Assembly (NCBI RefSeq): GCF_000150275.1
Contig: NW_002060943.1
Location: 1,416,832-1,480,831 of the forward strand
Origin: Trichoplax adhaerens
Taxonomy: Eukaryota > Animalia > Placozoa
Direction of reading: 5' to 3'
DNA: 64,000 nt
The translations under genes and the position numbers were made by a program. The notes beneath the pieces were generated by a model. The model was not told the DNA's origin, made no database searches, and saw nothing but the letters and a program-made list of their open reading frames with translations. Below are positions 14,137-26,987 of the stretch, piece by piece. Position 1 is the stretch's first letter, and the number at the start of each line of letters is the position of its first letter.

Positions 14137-15995
14137 GAATGAATATTATCCAATATATTTTAATGATATTAAAAAGATAATTATTTCGGCTATAAGGAAT
14201 ATTTTAAAACAATAGTTTTTAATTCAATACCATCGCATTTAAAAGTTTCCATAATGCGGTATGAATAATGTAAAGATAATTTTTGTTTACTACAGAGCAT
14301 TTATATGGGAAATGATGTAGTTAAGAGTGAATGAATAGATCACGATATCGCGGATAATTTATTTGTATTTTCCGGTTTACATTTTTTGAAGCATCACATT
14401 GCATTGGATATAGATGATGACAAAAATTGTAGTCAACACACTATCAGCTGAATATCGTCTCTAACCTGAATTCTCAATATCGTTATCTACGTATTTGCAA
14501 ATTTGAGCAATACTAGTAAATGAGATAAGATCAGATTCATTTTTGATTGCATATTGGCTGTACAAAATCAATCGTTATGAAATAAATGATAGGCTATCTA
14601 AATTACATAAGAATTAATTAATTTATTGCTTATTATAGTTCTGTCAAAATTTAACATATGTTTTTGATTTACAGATTATTGTCAAGTTATCGACATCGAT
14701 ATTGGAATCTCGGTATTTTTTATTTTATATTATATATCCTGAATAACATCTCACTTGCACTTGAGATGCTTTTTCACCTGGAGAATTCAATATGATTCAT
14801 GCATGAACTGCTAAAAAATGCAATTACTCCTACGGCATAAACGCCTATTCAGTCATGTAATTTAAATTGTTTATCTGGTACAGCTGATGTATACCGCCGA
14901 TTTTTTTTTCTACTTGCCGACAATTCGAGCGCACGCTGTTATCAGCAATAATATCGGTGATACGCTATATTATATCATGTATATACAGTCGATGAATTAT
15001 ATCATTATCTAAATAAATAATTCTTACCAACGAATACACTCTAAAGAAGGTCTCCATAATAATGATATAATTATTCACGCTATTGCATAGATAACGATAA
15101 TATTACGTTTCATCTTAATATCGAGCTAGTGTGCGATCGTTAATCATTCATAGCATCATACCATCCGCGGAATGGATTCATTATTTATAAGCCATGATAT
15201 AATTCTGTACAAAACTAGTAGGAAGGAAATAGAAATTACTTTAATTTACTAGCAAGGCAATTGAAATCGATCAAGAATTCAATATTGATGCAATTCAATC
15301 ATACTTTTCTTTGCCAGCGAGGGGAAATCAGTAACTGGTCTGCATGAGTGTTGCATTCAGTCAAGTTTACAGAACTGTTTCGCAAGATAATAATTAGATG
15401 GATTGATAGCTACGATAATTAATAGAGCAATATCGCTTTCTAACTAGCCATTAATTCGATATACAGTACAATAATCAATCAATCATTGACGAAATTTTTC
15501 GGTGCTTTAATTAAAATGCACAAAGGACTCCTGACCTGTACAGTGTACAGTCCATCTTTTACAGTACAATGTACAGTACAGTACATTTTACTATTACAGT
15601 ACTGTATTATTATTATTATTATTATTAACAGTACTGTACTTGCGTGGTGATGCAGTACTGCGCATGATAGTTTTCTCGGAACAGTGTGCTGTACACTGAG
15701 TACTATAGCTCGAAAACAGATGTCGCAGAAAAATTTCGAAAGTCTATATACTTTAATGCAATTTCCCTTTCATCGACGACATCTGTTTTACGTATTGACG
15801 CACTTGAAAAATGCGTTGATCACTATGACAGCGGACTATTTTCTATGGTTTTACTTTGAGTGTACAGTACTGCAATGAAACTACTTGGTTTGATGTTTTA
15901 TGGATTGAACTCGAGCCGGATTAATGTGGCGAATTCCAGTACTTGTACCGTATGACGTCAGTGAAAGCTTGCAGAAATGCAGCACTGTCATCACT

Positions 15996-16365
15996 AATTC
16001 ACCAACTAATCTCCAAGTTGACGTGAACTGAGATGATGGCCGAGTAATCCATGACTCGGTGTACAGTTTACTGCTTACTGAACTATGGTTGGTTAGGTCG
16101 TTAGTACTGTACCTTATTTTTGAATGCTGCACGTGCCGCCAAGCTGGCATGTATCATGGACGATGAATCATGGTAGTACAAAGTACTTTGACTGAGCGTA
16201 CTAAAAGAACAGAACTATTACAACTGTACAATGTACATACTGTACTTGAAAAATTTGAGGTTGCAATCGTCTGCTCTAGAGACAAATTCAACTTCAACTT
16301 AGTCAAGAACTATAATTCACCAACTAACCTCCAATTTGACGTGAACTGAGATGATGGCCGACTAA
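15996..16365 (+). repeat. About 50-bp direct repeat pair (about 15996-16048 and 16313-16365)
   Basis: taattcaccaactaa(t/c)ctccaa(g/t)ttgacgtgaactgagatgatggccga(g/c)taa occurs twice. Confidence 0.8.
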
Positions 16366-16585
16366 CTTTGGTGTGCTGACTACTGTCTACAGTACTGTAG
16401 ACTGTACAGTATTGTACAGTACTGTACAGTACTGTAAAATTGACTGTTCCTTTCAAGTTGACGAAGTGATTCATTCTCGTCCACTACAGTACAGTACTTT
16501 ACATTCTTACTGTAGAGTATTGCACTGTAAATATTTCCTGTTCGTTCCAAGTTGACCAAGGGGATTCATTATCGGCGTGATTCCA

Positions 16586-16710
16586 TGATTGGCTGCAGTA
16601 CTCACGTGATATAGTCGGCAAGAGCAACGGAGGTGGAACTCCGTTGTAGTGCATCATGTGACCCTTGCCGTCCATGATGTTTATTCTCCGGTGTAAGATG
16701 CGCCTGCGCG
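16586..16710 (+). promoter_or_regulatory. Putative SAP130 proximal promoter: inverted CCAAT box (16588), E-box TCACGTGA (16602), NRF1-like TGCGCCTGCGC (16699)
   Basis: Motif matches in a locally GC/CpG-richer patch within 150 bp upstream of the inferred ATG at 16735. Confidence 0.55.
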
Positions 16711-16734
16711 ACATTCAGTGAGAGTGGAGGCGCA

Positions 16735-19700
16735 ATGTCGGAACAGCGAAAGATTCAGGTAAGACTAGTCAATGAGGTATTTGCTGATTGTCATGTTGCT
16801 TTATGATCTGACGAAAATTACCTTATCCGTAATGCCATATTTTGTTGGATGGCTAAAGGGTTGATATCTGAGGCACAAATAGTCATGGTAGTGATTGTAA
16901 TATGTATAAATTTAGTTTCAAGTTTCAAGTTGCACTTCGACCATTGACATTACGATACATTCAAATTGCTGTTTAGAAGATAGCGTTTTGATGGGTCATT
17001 ACGCTTCATTGTTGACATCAGTTCTCTTCGTGTCTGCTGGCAGCCCCTTTGCTGTTCGTTTTTGAAAGAGCATCTCCCTTATGTTTATATTTCCTTGTAT
17101 ATCCGTTTCACTAATGTACTTCAATAGTAACGATGGAATGAGTTGTTTTCTTATTGCAATATGCACACTATTCTTTCTATTCTGGCTGTTTTGTTCCATC
17201 CTTTAATCCTTGATCACGTACTTGTGAACACCACTTTTCTATTTCAATTCATCAAAGTTAGATCTACATGATTGATTCATTACGTCTGTGCATTTTAACA
17301 CAATTTCATGGAATTAATCGGTTAGATACGCTCGCTGCCTGACTCTCTGTCAACCGATCGGTTTGAATGAATATTTAAAACATAGTTGGGTGCTTAGCGG
17401 ATGTAACCAAATCATGACGGTTTCCAATGCTTGGTTTTAGTGACTGAAATCGACCATGTGCTATACTGTAACTCTAACGCACCTTGTCACTGTTGGTACT
17501 TTAAAATGGTTGCATTGCAATGGATGAATTTTTACAACTAATTTTTGTTTTAAAATGTAGTCGATTGAAGCAGTGACGTTTACCCAACGTTTGGGTAAGC
17601 GTTCTTGTTAGTGTGCGTTACAGTACTGTAAGCAGGGGCAATCACAGTTTAACCGTACTGGCCAGTAAACTGTTTATGGTATGTCGGGGATTGCTAACAT
17701 GTTGGCTAAATACAGTAGTAGTTCGCTTCAACAAGTTTTGGTAAATTACATTGGGAACAATTGGGAAAGACCCTTCTACTCTTTAACGAGAATAGGATCT
17801 GGACAACTGGATAGCGTCCTGTGAATAGTTTATTCTAGCGGCCGGTTGAAAGGGAAACTTTACTTAATCGCGCTACCTATGTACAAATTACGACTCTCGG
17901 CACTGTATAATGCGTTGTACTGTAATCCAATGCCATCATACTACTACATGCGGTGGGATGTTGACTTTGATTCGATCATTTTGGAAGTATTGTTAGCCAG
18001 TTAGCGTAGAAGCAAAATGAATAGAGTTAATGATAAGAGGCTAGTTAGTATACGCTCGTATACAGTCATAAGAATGAGTTATTCAGCGCGAATTTCTGAA
18101 AAAAGGAATGATGGATGAATTGGTGAATCGTTGGATGAACGACTGTTGACGCTGCCTCCGTGGACTCTAGATTTCACTATGCTATACTATAGATTGGCAT
18201 TAAGAGACACATACATTGAAATGGGTTAGTCTTCCATGTGATCTTTTAGTGTATTACCCTCTCTCTCTCTCTCTCACTGTCAGTATCTCCTATAGTATAC
18301 ATCAACGTGGCTGTCTATTTCAATTTTTGTTGGATTTTATTTTATAGCATCAAATCACAATTCTTCCAACACAATCTGAGTTCAGTGTGCTCAAGCGCGG
18401 TAGTGTTTGAAAACTTGAGCATATTTTTCGCAAACGCCTAGACGATGTAGCCTATATACTATCCAGTGTAGACTGTATGCGTTGTTATGCTTCCAGTACG
18501 ACCGTGTAATATGCAACAGCGACAGTAGGATGGCAGTACTTTCCAGTAGTACTGTACTGTACAGTATACTACTATGTATGGTTGTCAGCTAGAACACTTT
18601 TCTCCTTCGCTATCTTTCTGCACGGACTCGTCCAGTCGTCCTATACAGTGTCCAGTACTACAGCAAGGTGTTTGGAAGCTTTAAATTAAAAGCCAGTGTT
18701 GTACGGTACTGTATAAAATAAAGTTGCTTTTCTGCTTTGGCCACGCCTACCGAATTCAATGACCTTTACTACCGTGCAATGTCATTGAAGGTACTGTACA
18801 CTGTAAGTACAGTATGGGTTACAGTCCTAACGAGAACATCAAGTACTGTACAGTACACTGAGTACACTACCGTGCAATGTCATTGAAGGTGCTGTACACT
18901 GTAGGTATAGTGTGGGTTACAGTCCTAACGAAAACATCAAGTACAGTACTGTACTGTACAGTACACTGAGTACAGTACCGTGCAATGTCTTTGAAGGTGC
19001 TGTACTGTACACTGTAGGTACAGTATGGGTTACAGTCCTAACGAGAACATCACTACCGTGCAATGTCATTGAAGGTACTGTACACTGTAGGTACAGTATG
19101 GGTTACAGTCCTAACGAGAACATCAAGTACTGTACACTGAGTTCAGTATGCAGCAAAACTCAGTTCAACTGTACTGTTCTCTCTGAACGCTATTTCGTCA
19201 TGACAGTCGAGTGTGTGTGTGTGTCAAGTGAAACTGTTTGTCAACACGCTCGTATACGTGTCACTTCGTTTCGACCGACTCCCATGTGGGTCGAAACGTT
19301 TACTGTCTGCGTTGTCCGCAATTTCTGATTGGTTCAAAATTCAAAACGTCTCTCCTCCATGATAGACAGTATAAATGCGATGCTGACTACGCTATACCTC
19401 ATATAGAGCCTTGATAGGCACAAGCAATCAGAATGTAATAAACTGGCTGCGTCACTAGATTAGAGGTCACACCACTAAATAACATGATGGGGTATAATAC
19501 TGATCATACCAAGTTAGACGACAAGAGGCTCAGTCTAATTGGCATAGATAATCTACGATATCATACTTAGTCAATGTCATCCATTAATCTGGGCTATCTA
19601 GTTTTGATGCTACTGCAATGCTTAACTTAATAGCGAAACTCTGAAATCACATGACTGATAGAGGCAATGCTAATCAAAATTCATCAACGTGATGATGGTA

Positions 19701-22700
19701 AAGATGCGACTAGATGGGAAAGCCTTCTAAAATAGGCTCTGAAATCACACTGCTGATACATGCATGGTAAAGATACGACTAGATGGGAAAGCCTTCTAAA
19801 ATAGGCTCTGAAATCACATTGCTGATACATGCAATGCTAATCAAAATTCATCAACCTGATGATGGTAAAGATACGACTAGATGGGAAAGCCTTCTAAAAT
19901 AGGCTCTGAAATCACATTGCTGATACATGCAATGCTAATCAAAATTCATCAACCTGATGATGGTAAAGATACGACTAGATGGGAAAGCCTTCTAAAATAG
20001 GCTCTGAAATAGACCTGACAGTCTGAAATCACATGACTGATGCATGCAATGCTAATCAAAATTCATCAACGTTATGATGGTAAAGATGCGACTAGATAGG
20101 AAAACCTTCTAAAATAGGCTACAGTAGAGATTAGCAGGTAGACTTTCGTACGTTTAAGCTACAGTTTACTGCAAATTTCTTGATTGATTGTATTCCATTG
20201 CTACTATGTTATTTGATGTCATCATTATCTTGACATATCGTTTAATTCCTACTATAATCTGTTTAATATCATGTCGACGTCAGGAAATTGTATATGGGAT
20301 ACTTGTATGTGTACGAACACTGACTAGTTTTGAAACACCAAATTTGAGGGGGTTGATGTTATTTAGGTACATTTTTGGCAAGTACCTTACAATATCGTGT
20401 TCTGTCTTTTCTAAGAATGGTTTCAAACTTGTAAATTATGTTAACGGATATTTTGTTAATGATACCATGAGTTACTCATTCAATTCTTGTGATTATTGTT
20501 ACAGTTTGGAGTTCGCGGTAAAACATCAACGGGTATTTTTACACCTGCGGATAATTTCAGCAGTACAGCTCCACGACAAACTCACCCTTTACCGTATGAT
20601 GTGCCATCGTCAGCGATACGGCCCATCGAAAATGTTTCACGTCCACAAGGAAGCATGCCGTCGGTGGATGTTGGCAGCAGTGGCGGACTTAAAACAAGCA
20701 AACCGATTTACCATAATCAAGCGACACATTTACTTCATCCATTAAATGTAGTTTCAGCAGAAGGAGATCCTACTTCTGGTAGTTCAAGTCATATGCACAA
20801 ACCAAATCGTACAAAATCTTCAGTAGCTCAAGCTATAACAAAGCCACAGTTTATATCTAGAACGCGTCGATCGGATTCCATCAAGGAGGCGTCTACCATA
20901 ACATCACTACCATACAGCGAGAGTATGTTCATTATTAAAAATAGACCACTTAATTTATCAATACTAAAAGTGCATTACATGGAAATTCTTTAAAATGCAT
21001 TCAGCTGCTGTATAGTAGTAAAGTAATTGATATAATTCAGGTCTTACAATCTTAGTTCATGGTAATCCTTCGTTACAATAGAGCTACAATTTTAATTAGC
21101 GATATCTAATTCTATGACAGGGCCAGAAATAAATGCAGCTGCGAAAGAAAGTCCTAAATTTGAACCTAAATCTGTGTCAAAAATCTTCAAAGAGAATAAA
21201 AGAAATATTGCCTTTACCAACATCATCAAGACTGAAAGCAAGTCTGATAGTCCATCAGCTTTTCGAGCCGTTGCTGACAATCAATCGAAAGTCAAGGCTG
21301 ATTCTAGAGCAGATTCCAGCTCAGACGACAGTGAACGTGAACTTCAGATTGTTGAAGAAGTAACCGATAATCAAGTTCAAAGTGTTCAAGTAAAGGAAGA
21401 AGAAGTATCTAAGTCGACTGCTATTAGAATTCCGCCGTCCAGTGCAGTACGTACTAATAGAAATTCTAGTGAAGTCAGACTAGAACCGATAAAGCACTCG
21501 ATATCTGCTATATCAGCAACTAATATTGGAGATACGCAAAACGTTAATAATAGCCCAGAGGTATCCGCTAATTCATTGTCAAGTAAATTTAGGGGTACAA
21601 CATCTAATGCTACTCTGCATGATAATAATAACCAAAATTCCTTAAGTACGAAAATGTCTACCTCTCATGTACCCCATTCCGTTCAGAACGTTATAACTTC
21701 AAATTCTGCATTTACTGCTGCTGGTAAGTCAAAAGTTCATATGCATTATAATTAATAGTACTTCAAGATACTTACTAAGTTATTGTCAATTAGGAGCTCA
21801 ATCTGCGTACCTATCTCGAACTGTGTCAAATTCAACAACAGTATGTATCGTTTGTAGTATAGCATTATAATGTAGAATGAAAACGAAAACGCCATAAACA
21901 TTATTATCTCAATTCTTACTCTTCTTATCAGCGGTCAAGCGATCGCAATGATAGTGCTTTAGTAATATCTGGATCTCAAAGTAGATCTGAAAATGAAAAT
22001 GCTGCCGCTACTTCTCCAATCGAGCGCGGGTAAGATCATAGCTTTGATACAAATAGCACTAATGAAAACTTCTACAGTAATTCTATCTATATAGATATAT
22101 ATTTTGTATACTAATATTAAATTATATGTATTATTTTTGAACGTTAAAACAGAAACCTCCAGGCTAGTGGTAATCAAGGGACCGGGACGACTTTATATCT
22201 GCAAGGATCTCCAATCTCAGGTACTATCGTGACTTGAAATGGATATAGGTATATAATTATCTATACTAATTTGATGTTGTTGTCGTGATCGATAGCTTTG
22301 CGCTATCCTGGCGCAAATATCGTACCTCCAGGATATCATTTAAATTCTAGTGGAGCGTATCCAACTGTACCAGGTACAACGTCACAAACGATTCCGTCGG
22401 CACCTCATATCGCTCCAGGCATGAACAATCTTGTTTTAGTAGATCGCAGAAACATTCCAGTCATTGCTGTTACCCTACCGCAAACAACTGATACTGCTAT
22501 TACAGGTACTATATTCTAGCTAATTTTTTTTATTTTGATAGTATCGTCTAATTATGAGTGTATTATAACGTATTTCTTTCTGTGTTGTATTGAAGGTCCT
22601 AAAGTCACCGTCTCTACTCTTTCATTTCAACCATCGATAACATCTGCAGCTGCAACTAGTACAGCCGTTAGTCCTTATGAAACGGAAGCTACTGCAGTTA

Positions 22701-24501
22701 CTGGTGTCTCTCCGGTCGAATCACCTCAGACGATTCGTCAACCGAATTTAGTTACTAATAGTTCTGTTTGTCCCTCTAGACCAAGCATTCTAAGGAAACG
22801 CTGTTCAGATGGGTCAGTTTTGATAAGTAGCTCTAATACTAGCGGTTTGCAATCTAGTTTACAATTTTAAGTTTCTTTCAGTTTTCTTCTAAAAAATATA
22901 TGCTAATGCATTTCTGTTTGAATATCCATACTTTAATAGAAGCAGAAAAACCACCCCTACGAAAGAATTAAGTACAGTAATATCTTCTAATTCAGATGCC
23001 CCTACCAGTAATACCTTACCATCCAGGTAAGCTGTAATGTTTTGTCTCTTACGATGATAGTTCATGTTCAATATTTCTCTGATAATTTAGTCCTGTAGGC
23101 TAATATACGCTCTTGTAAATAATATCTAAACAGAGCAACAGCTTGCGCTGTTAATCCAGCATCCGTAATAGTATCGAGTGAAAAAAGTGCTAAATCGAAT
23201 GTATCAGAAGTTGCAGAAGTTCAGACAATTACACCTAGAAAGAAACCAAGAAAACAAGCAGTGTAAGCATATCACACATATATTTCATTACGTACAGCTT
23301 AAAATAAATAGCTATCATCAATTGACGGTATATTTTCAGGGTGCCAACTGAAGACAAATATGCTAGCAATTTACCTTCCGATAGCAGCGATTCTTCGGAA
23401 ACTGATATTGGTGAAGAAATAACGGACCTAAACGATGATACAAGTGTGGCTGCTGCTATTGTCCAAACTGAGACTCCGCAAATTCAAAAAAGCGACAAAC
23501 CTCGTCTCGGTATTTTATACTTATTCCTAGCATAAAGTACATGCATCGTTAACAATTTACAAATTTTTACATGTAACGAAAATTCAGATATACTGTACAA
23601 GAGAACAAAAATCTAAAAATTCTTTAATTGAAATTATAGAGTACGAACAGCTAGTGATGCTAAGAAATAAGAAGAGAACGCCCATCTTGAATAGCTTTAA
23701 GTGTAATAGTAAAGCTGCTCATAACCATTTCCAAAGATATTCGGATGTCAAACGACGAGGTACATTCGCATACTAATAGTATATCTGTAAATGCAAAATT
23801 TATTTCCTTAGGTAGTAATCTACTTTAACGTACTATAATATAATCAATTTATGTTCTAATTATTTATAGACGAAAAACATACCAACTTATCTGAAATTTG
23901 TAGCCAGCGCGACATTCTCCGAAGGCTTCATGGTTGGAAAGTTTTGTATCTTACAGCGCAGTTAGAGGATATGGTTAGATACGCCCACTTAGAATGCTTG
24001 CTAAACTGAAAGTATATTGATCACACTTTATGCGACTTTTAATTGCTTTTTAACTTATTTATGGATAGGCTAAAGTGGAGCAGAGCATTCACTCGAAAAT
24101 ATACCGCTTACAGGAATGTTTGTCAACATATCGACATGGACGTAACAGCAAAGGTGAAGATTTCTCGATGATGTACGAACTACTACAGGTTAGTTCAAAT
24201 TAAACTATCTATCTCGTGAAAATTGAGGAAATATTTTAATGTAAAGTTATTCTGTATTGTATATATACTTATGTAAATTCTTATAAACAGGGTAATATAC
24301 AGAGGTGTCGGTTAGTTATTGAACAAGTAGAAGAAGTAAAGACATCGATGCTTAAGGTATTAGATAGTGCTGTTGTCTTTGACGTGGAACATTTCCAGAT
24401 AGTAATACTTTTTCGAATTGTAGATATTAGAACACGAAAATTTAGGTGTGGAATTACTGAAAAAGTACATGGAGAAACGACAAATGAAGAAGAAAGCTTA
24501 A
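16735..24501 (+). CDS. SAP130: Sin3A-associated protein 130 homolog, about 16 exons (exon 1 16735-16758; exon 2 20505-20922; exon 3 21100-21723; ... last exon 24424-24501)
   Basis: Low-complexity S/T/P N-terminus, then RPSILRKR, TPRKKPRKQ and the SAP130 C-terminal domain (KAAHNHFQRYSDVK..LSEICSQ..GWKVLYLTAQLEDM..ELLQGNIQRCRLVIEQVEEVKTSMLK|ILEHENLGVELLKK). The micro-exon 1 (MSEQRKIQ|gtaaga) is phase 0 and matches the acceptor at 20504; that link is inferred. Confidence 0.88.
18768..19142 (+). repeat. Tandem minisatellite, about 4 units of 78-108 bp, in SAP130 intron 1
   Basis: Core ccgtgcaatgtcattgaagg..gtacactgtaggtacagtatgggttacagtcctaacgagaacatca at about 18772, 18870, 18978 and 19056. Confidence 0.9.
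19643..20120 (+). repeat. 98-bp tandem repeat, about 5 copies (one with a 29-bp internal deletion), in SAP130 intron 1
   Basis: gaaatcaca..caatgctaatcaaaattcatcaac..gatggtaaagatacgactagatgggaaagccttctaaaataggctct starts at 19643, 19741, 19810, 19908 and 20025. Confidence 0.92.
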
Positions 24502-26987
24502 CGTTTTTAAATACAATTTTCTTACTCACGATTTTTGACCTCTTGTAATATATTCGGACATATCTTTGATAAAGTAACGTGCCAATGGTTACAATCTTTT
24601 CACATTTTTTAATTAACAATTTCTGCTAACCAAAGATATAAAGTTTTTCAATTGGATTGAATAACAGTACAGTTTCTACCGAATCTTTTATTCATAAAGA
24701 TATTGCTCTATTTAGTTCATTGTACAGGGTAGCAACGTTATGTTAATAGCACATGATAGTACGTGTGTTCTATGATCAATAGTGATAGCCGATTTTTGCA
24801 ATACTGAAACTTGCTAGTTATTAATATTCTATAGGCAATTATAGATATCGTTAGAATTGGAAAGAAATAATTTTAGTGAACAGATATTTTGGATAGATGC
24901 ATACATTGGTGTTTGCTTATCACTGAGCTGCACTTCACAACTATAGGATTTGCAATGATTACCTCGAGTGCGGGTAAAGTTTCAGTGTATCGTAAATTGT
25001 AAATATGGTCTAGTATCATCCTGAAATCCCCATTTCCTATCATTCTGTATTAATCACAACTTCTGTAATAAATTACTGTGATAGAGCTATAATAATGTAT
25101 AGACTGTACAATATATCATAAAGTTAATCTTAATATCTTCTACTGTGAAAAGACATAACGCAAATTTAATAAACTCATTTTTTTGCCTTTCAAATGACCG
25201 AATCGTACAAGCTTATGCTCAATTCTGTATAGACTATTGTTAGAGACTTTGTGTATCATGTTTTGTCGGCTTTCAGCATTTGCTCAAGAGTTGTATGGAC
25301 TAACAAACAACGATACTCAATAGTTATGTGGAACATTTCAAGATATCTACTAGCAGTTTCCAGTTAAATACTAGCATGGCGAACTTGTAGATTTGTATGA
25401 TTAAAACGTTCAAATAAACCCTGAACTCTAAGTGCAAGTTATTACAGCACTGAACTACAGTATTAAGAGATACAATACAGGGAGTTTATGTTGGAAATAA
25501 CTTACTAATCAAAGAATTTATAAATACTTTGCTAGGCGATGAACGAGTAATGTACATGTACGTCCTTCTAGCGTCTGTATAGCTGACTGTAGCTTGAAAT
25601 CAGTGAAGGATAGCTTTGAAATGATTACCGCGAAGACATAAACATTGCTCGCTTTCTATATATGATATAATAGTACTGTACATGACTAGATTCCGTTTAA
25701 ATAGCACACACTACTGTATAACAATTGATGAAGTTATACACTAGGTATCGTACATTGTAACAATGATGTTCATTCGTATGAAGGTTTTAAATTTTTCGTT
25801 ATGAATCATCTATTGCAACCTCTTATAGTTGATCCCTCCAGTATTCATTCATATCTATGATTAGTTAATGATCAATTTACATAAATAAGACGCTAAAATT
25901 TCAGTTTTGAGTTCATACTATGCTCTCCTACAGTTGATATTTTTTTTATTAGGATTCATTAATAAAATTAAAGATAAATATATGGATCTTATCGATTTGG
26001 TATTTCTTTTGGAGTCAACCTAAACTATTAACAACACAGCAGTAGTGATATTTCAAGAATTAAACTTTAGGTAAGAATATATATAGTAGATTAATTAACT
26101 AATTCTCAAAAATTCTCCAGTTCATCCGGTATTATGGCCGTATAAGAGTACATCAACGTATTGCAAGATATGTTTGTAGCAATGATGGGATACTTGCACT
26201 TCAATAAAGACCTCAATACTACCGTAAAAATTTTTACAAAAAAGATGCTTAGAAACCGTCATGGTAAAGCGGAGAAGATTCAACTTACTGAGATCGCTAT
26301 AAATAATTCAAGAATGTAAAAGTTAAATTATTATCTCCAAATGCAAACTGGCTAAATTAAACTTAAAACAGTGTTATTGAATCAGACTTAATGATTTATC
26401 AATTTAATAACATGCATTCAAGTTAGCTAAAATGGTTCCATCACAAAAGTAAGACCGACACAGAAACAAATTATTGTTGCAATCAACGGTTTACATTCAC
26501 TTTATTGGAGATTATAATGGTTGTTAATCAACAATGCAACAAATTCTTGAATGTCTCAGGGGCTAGTAACAGCTAGAAATTGGTTTGTATATTATCATTA
26601 CTTGGCTATAGATTACCTATAACATAAACTACGTAAAATGTTAGATTGATCAACAAATCCCAATCACATAAATGTTGGTCTTCATGCTATGAATACGGAA
26701 AGACTAATATCATTTCAGATACATTCTCCAAGCAAGGAAATAGAGATTGTATTCTGCTAAGATTAAGCTAATTCGATACTAAAAATTAAGATAACTATAA
26801 CGATAACTTATAATTAATCAAGATAAGTTAAAGGCCATCATCACTGGATTATCACATTTTAATTTACTTAGATTAGCTTTCATGATAGTTATGTTCATAA
26901 TGATTGGAATTGAGTTAAAGATTGCAGTATCCAATCCACTCGTCCGATGAGAGTTACGAATTAGTTACATATGTAATTATTTACTTG

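Noticed and set aside
18912-19328. 138-aa ORF with repeated MGYSPNENIKY
   Set aside because: Translation of the intronic minisatellite; unit lengths vary and do not preserve frame.
19643-20120. Regular direct repeats that might suggest a CRISPR array
   Set aside because: Head-to-tail tandem units with no unique spacers, in a eukaryotic intron, with no cas genes.
20188-20745. 185-aa ORF overlapping SAP130 exon 2
   Set aside because: Alternative frame that starts in the intron; the spliced SAP130 frame explains the region.
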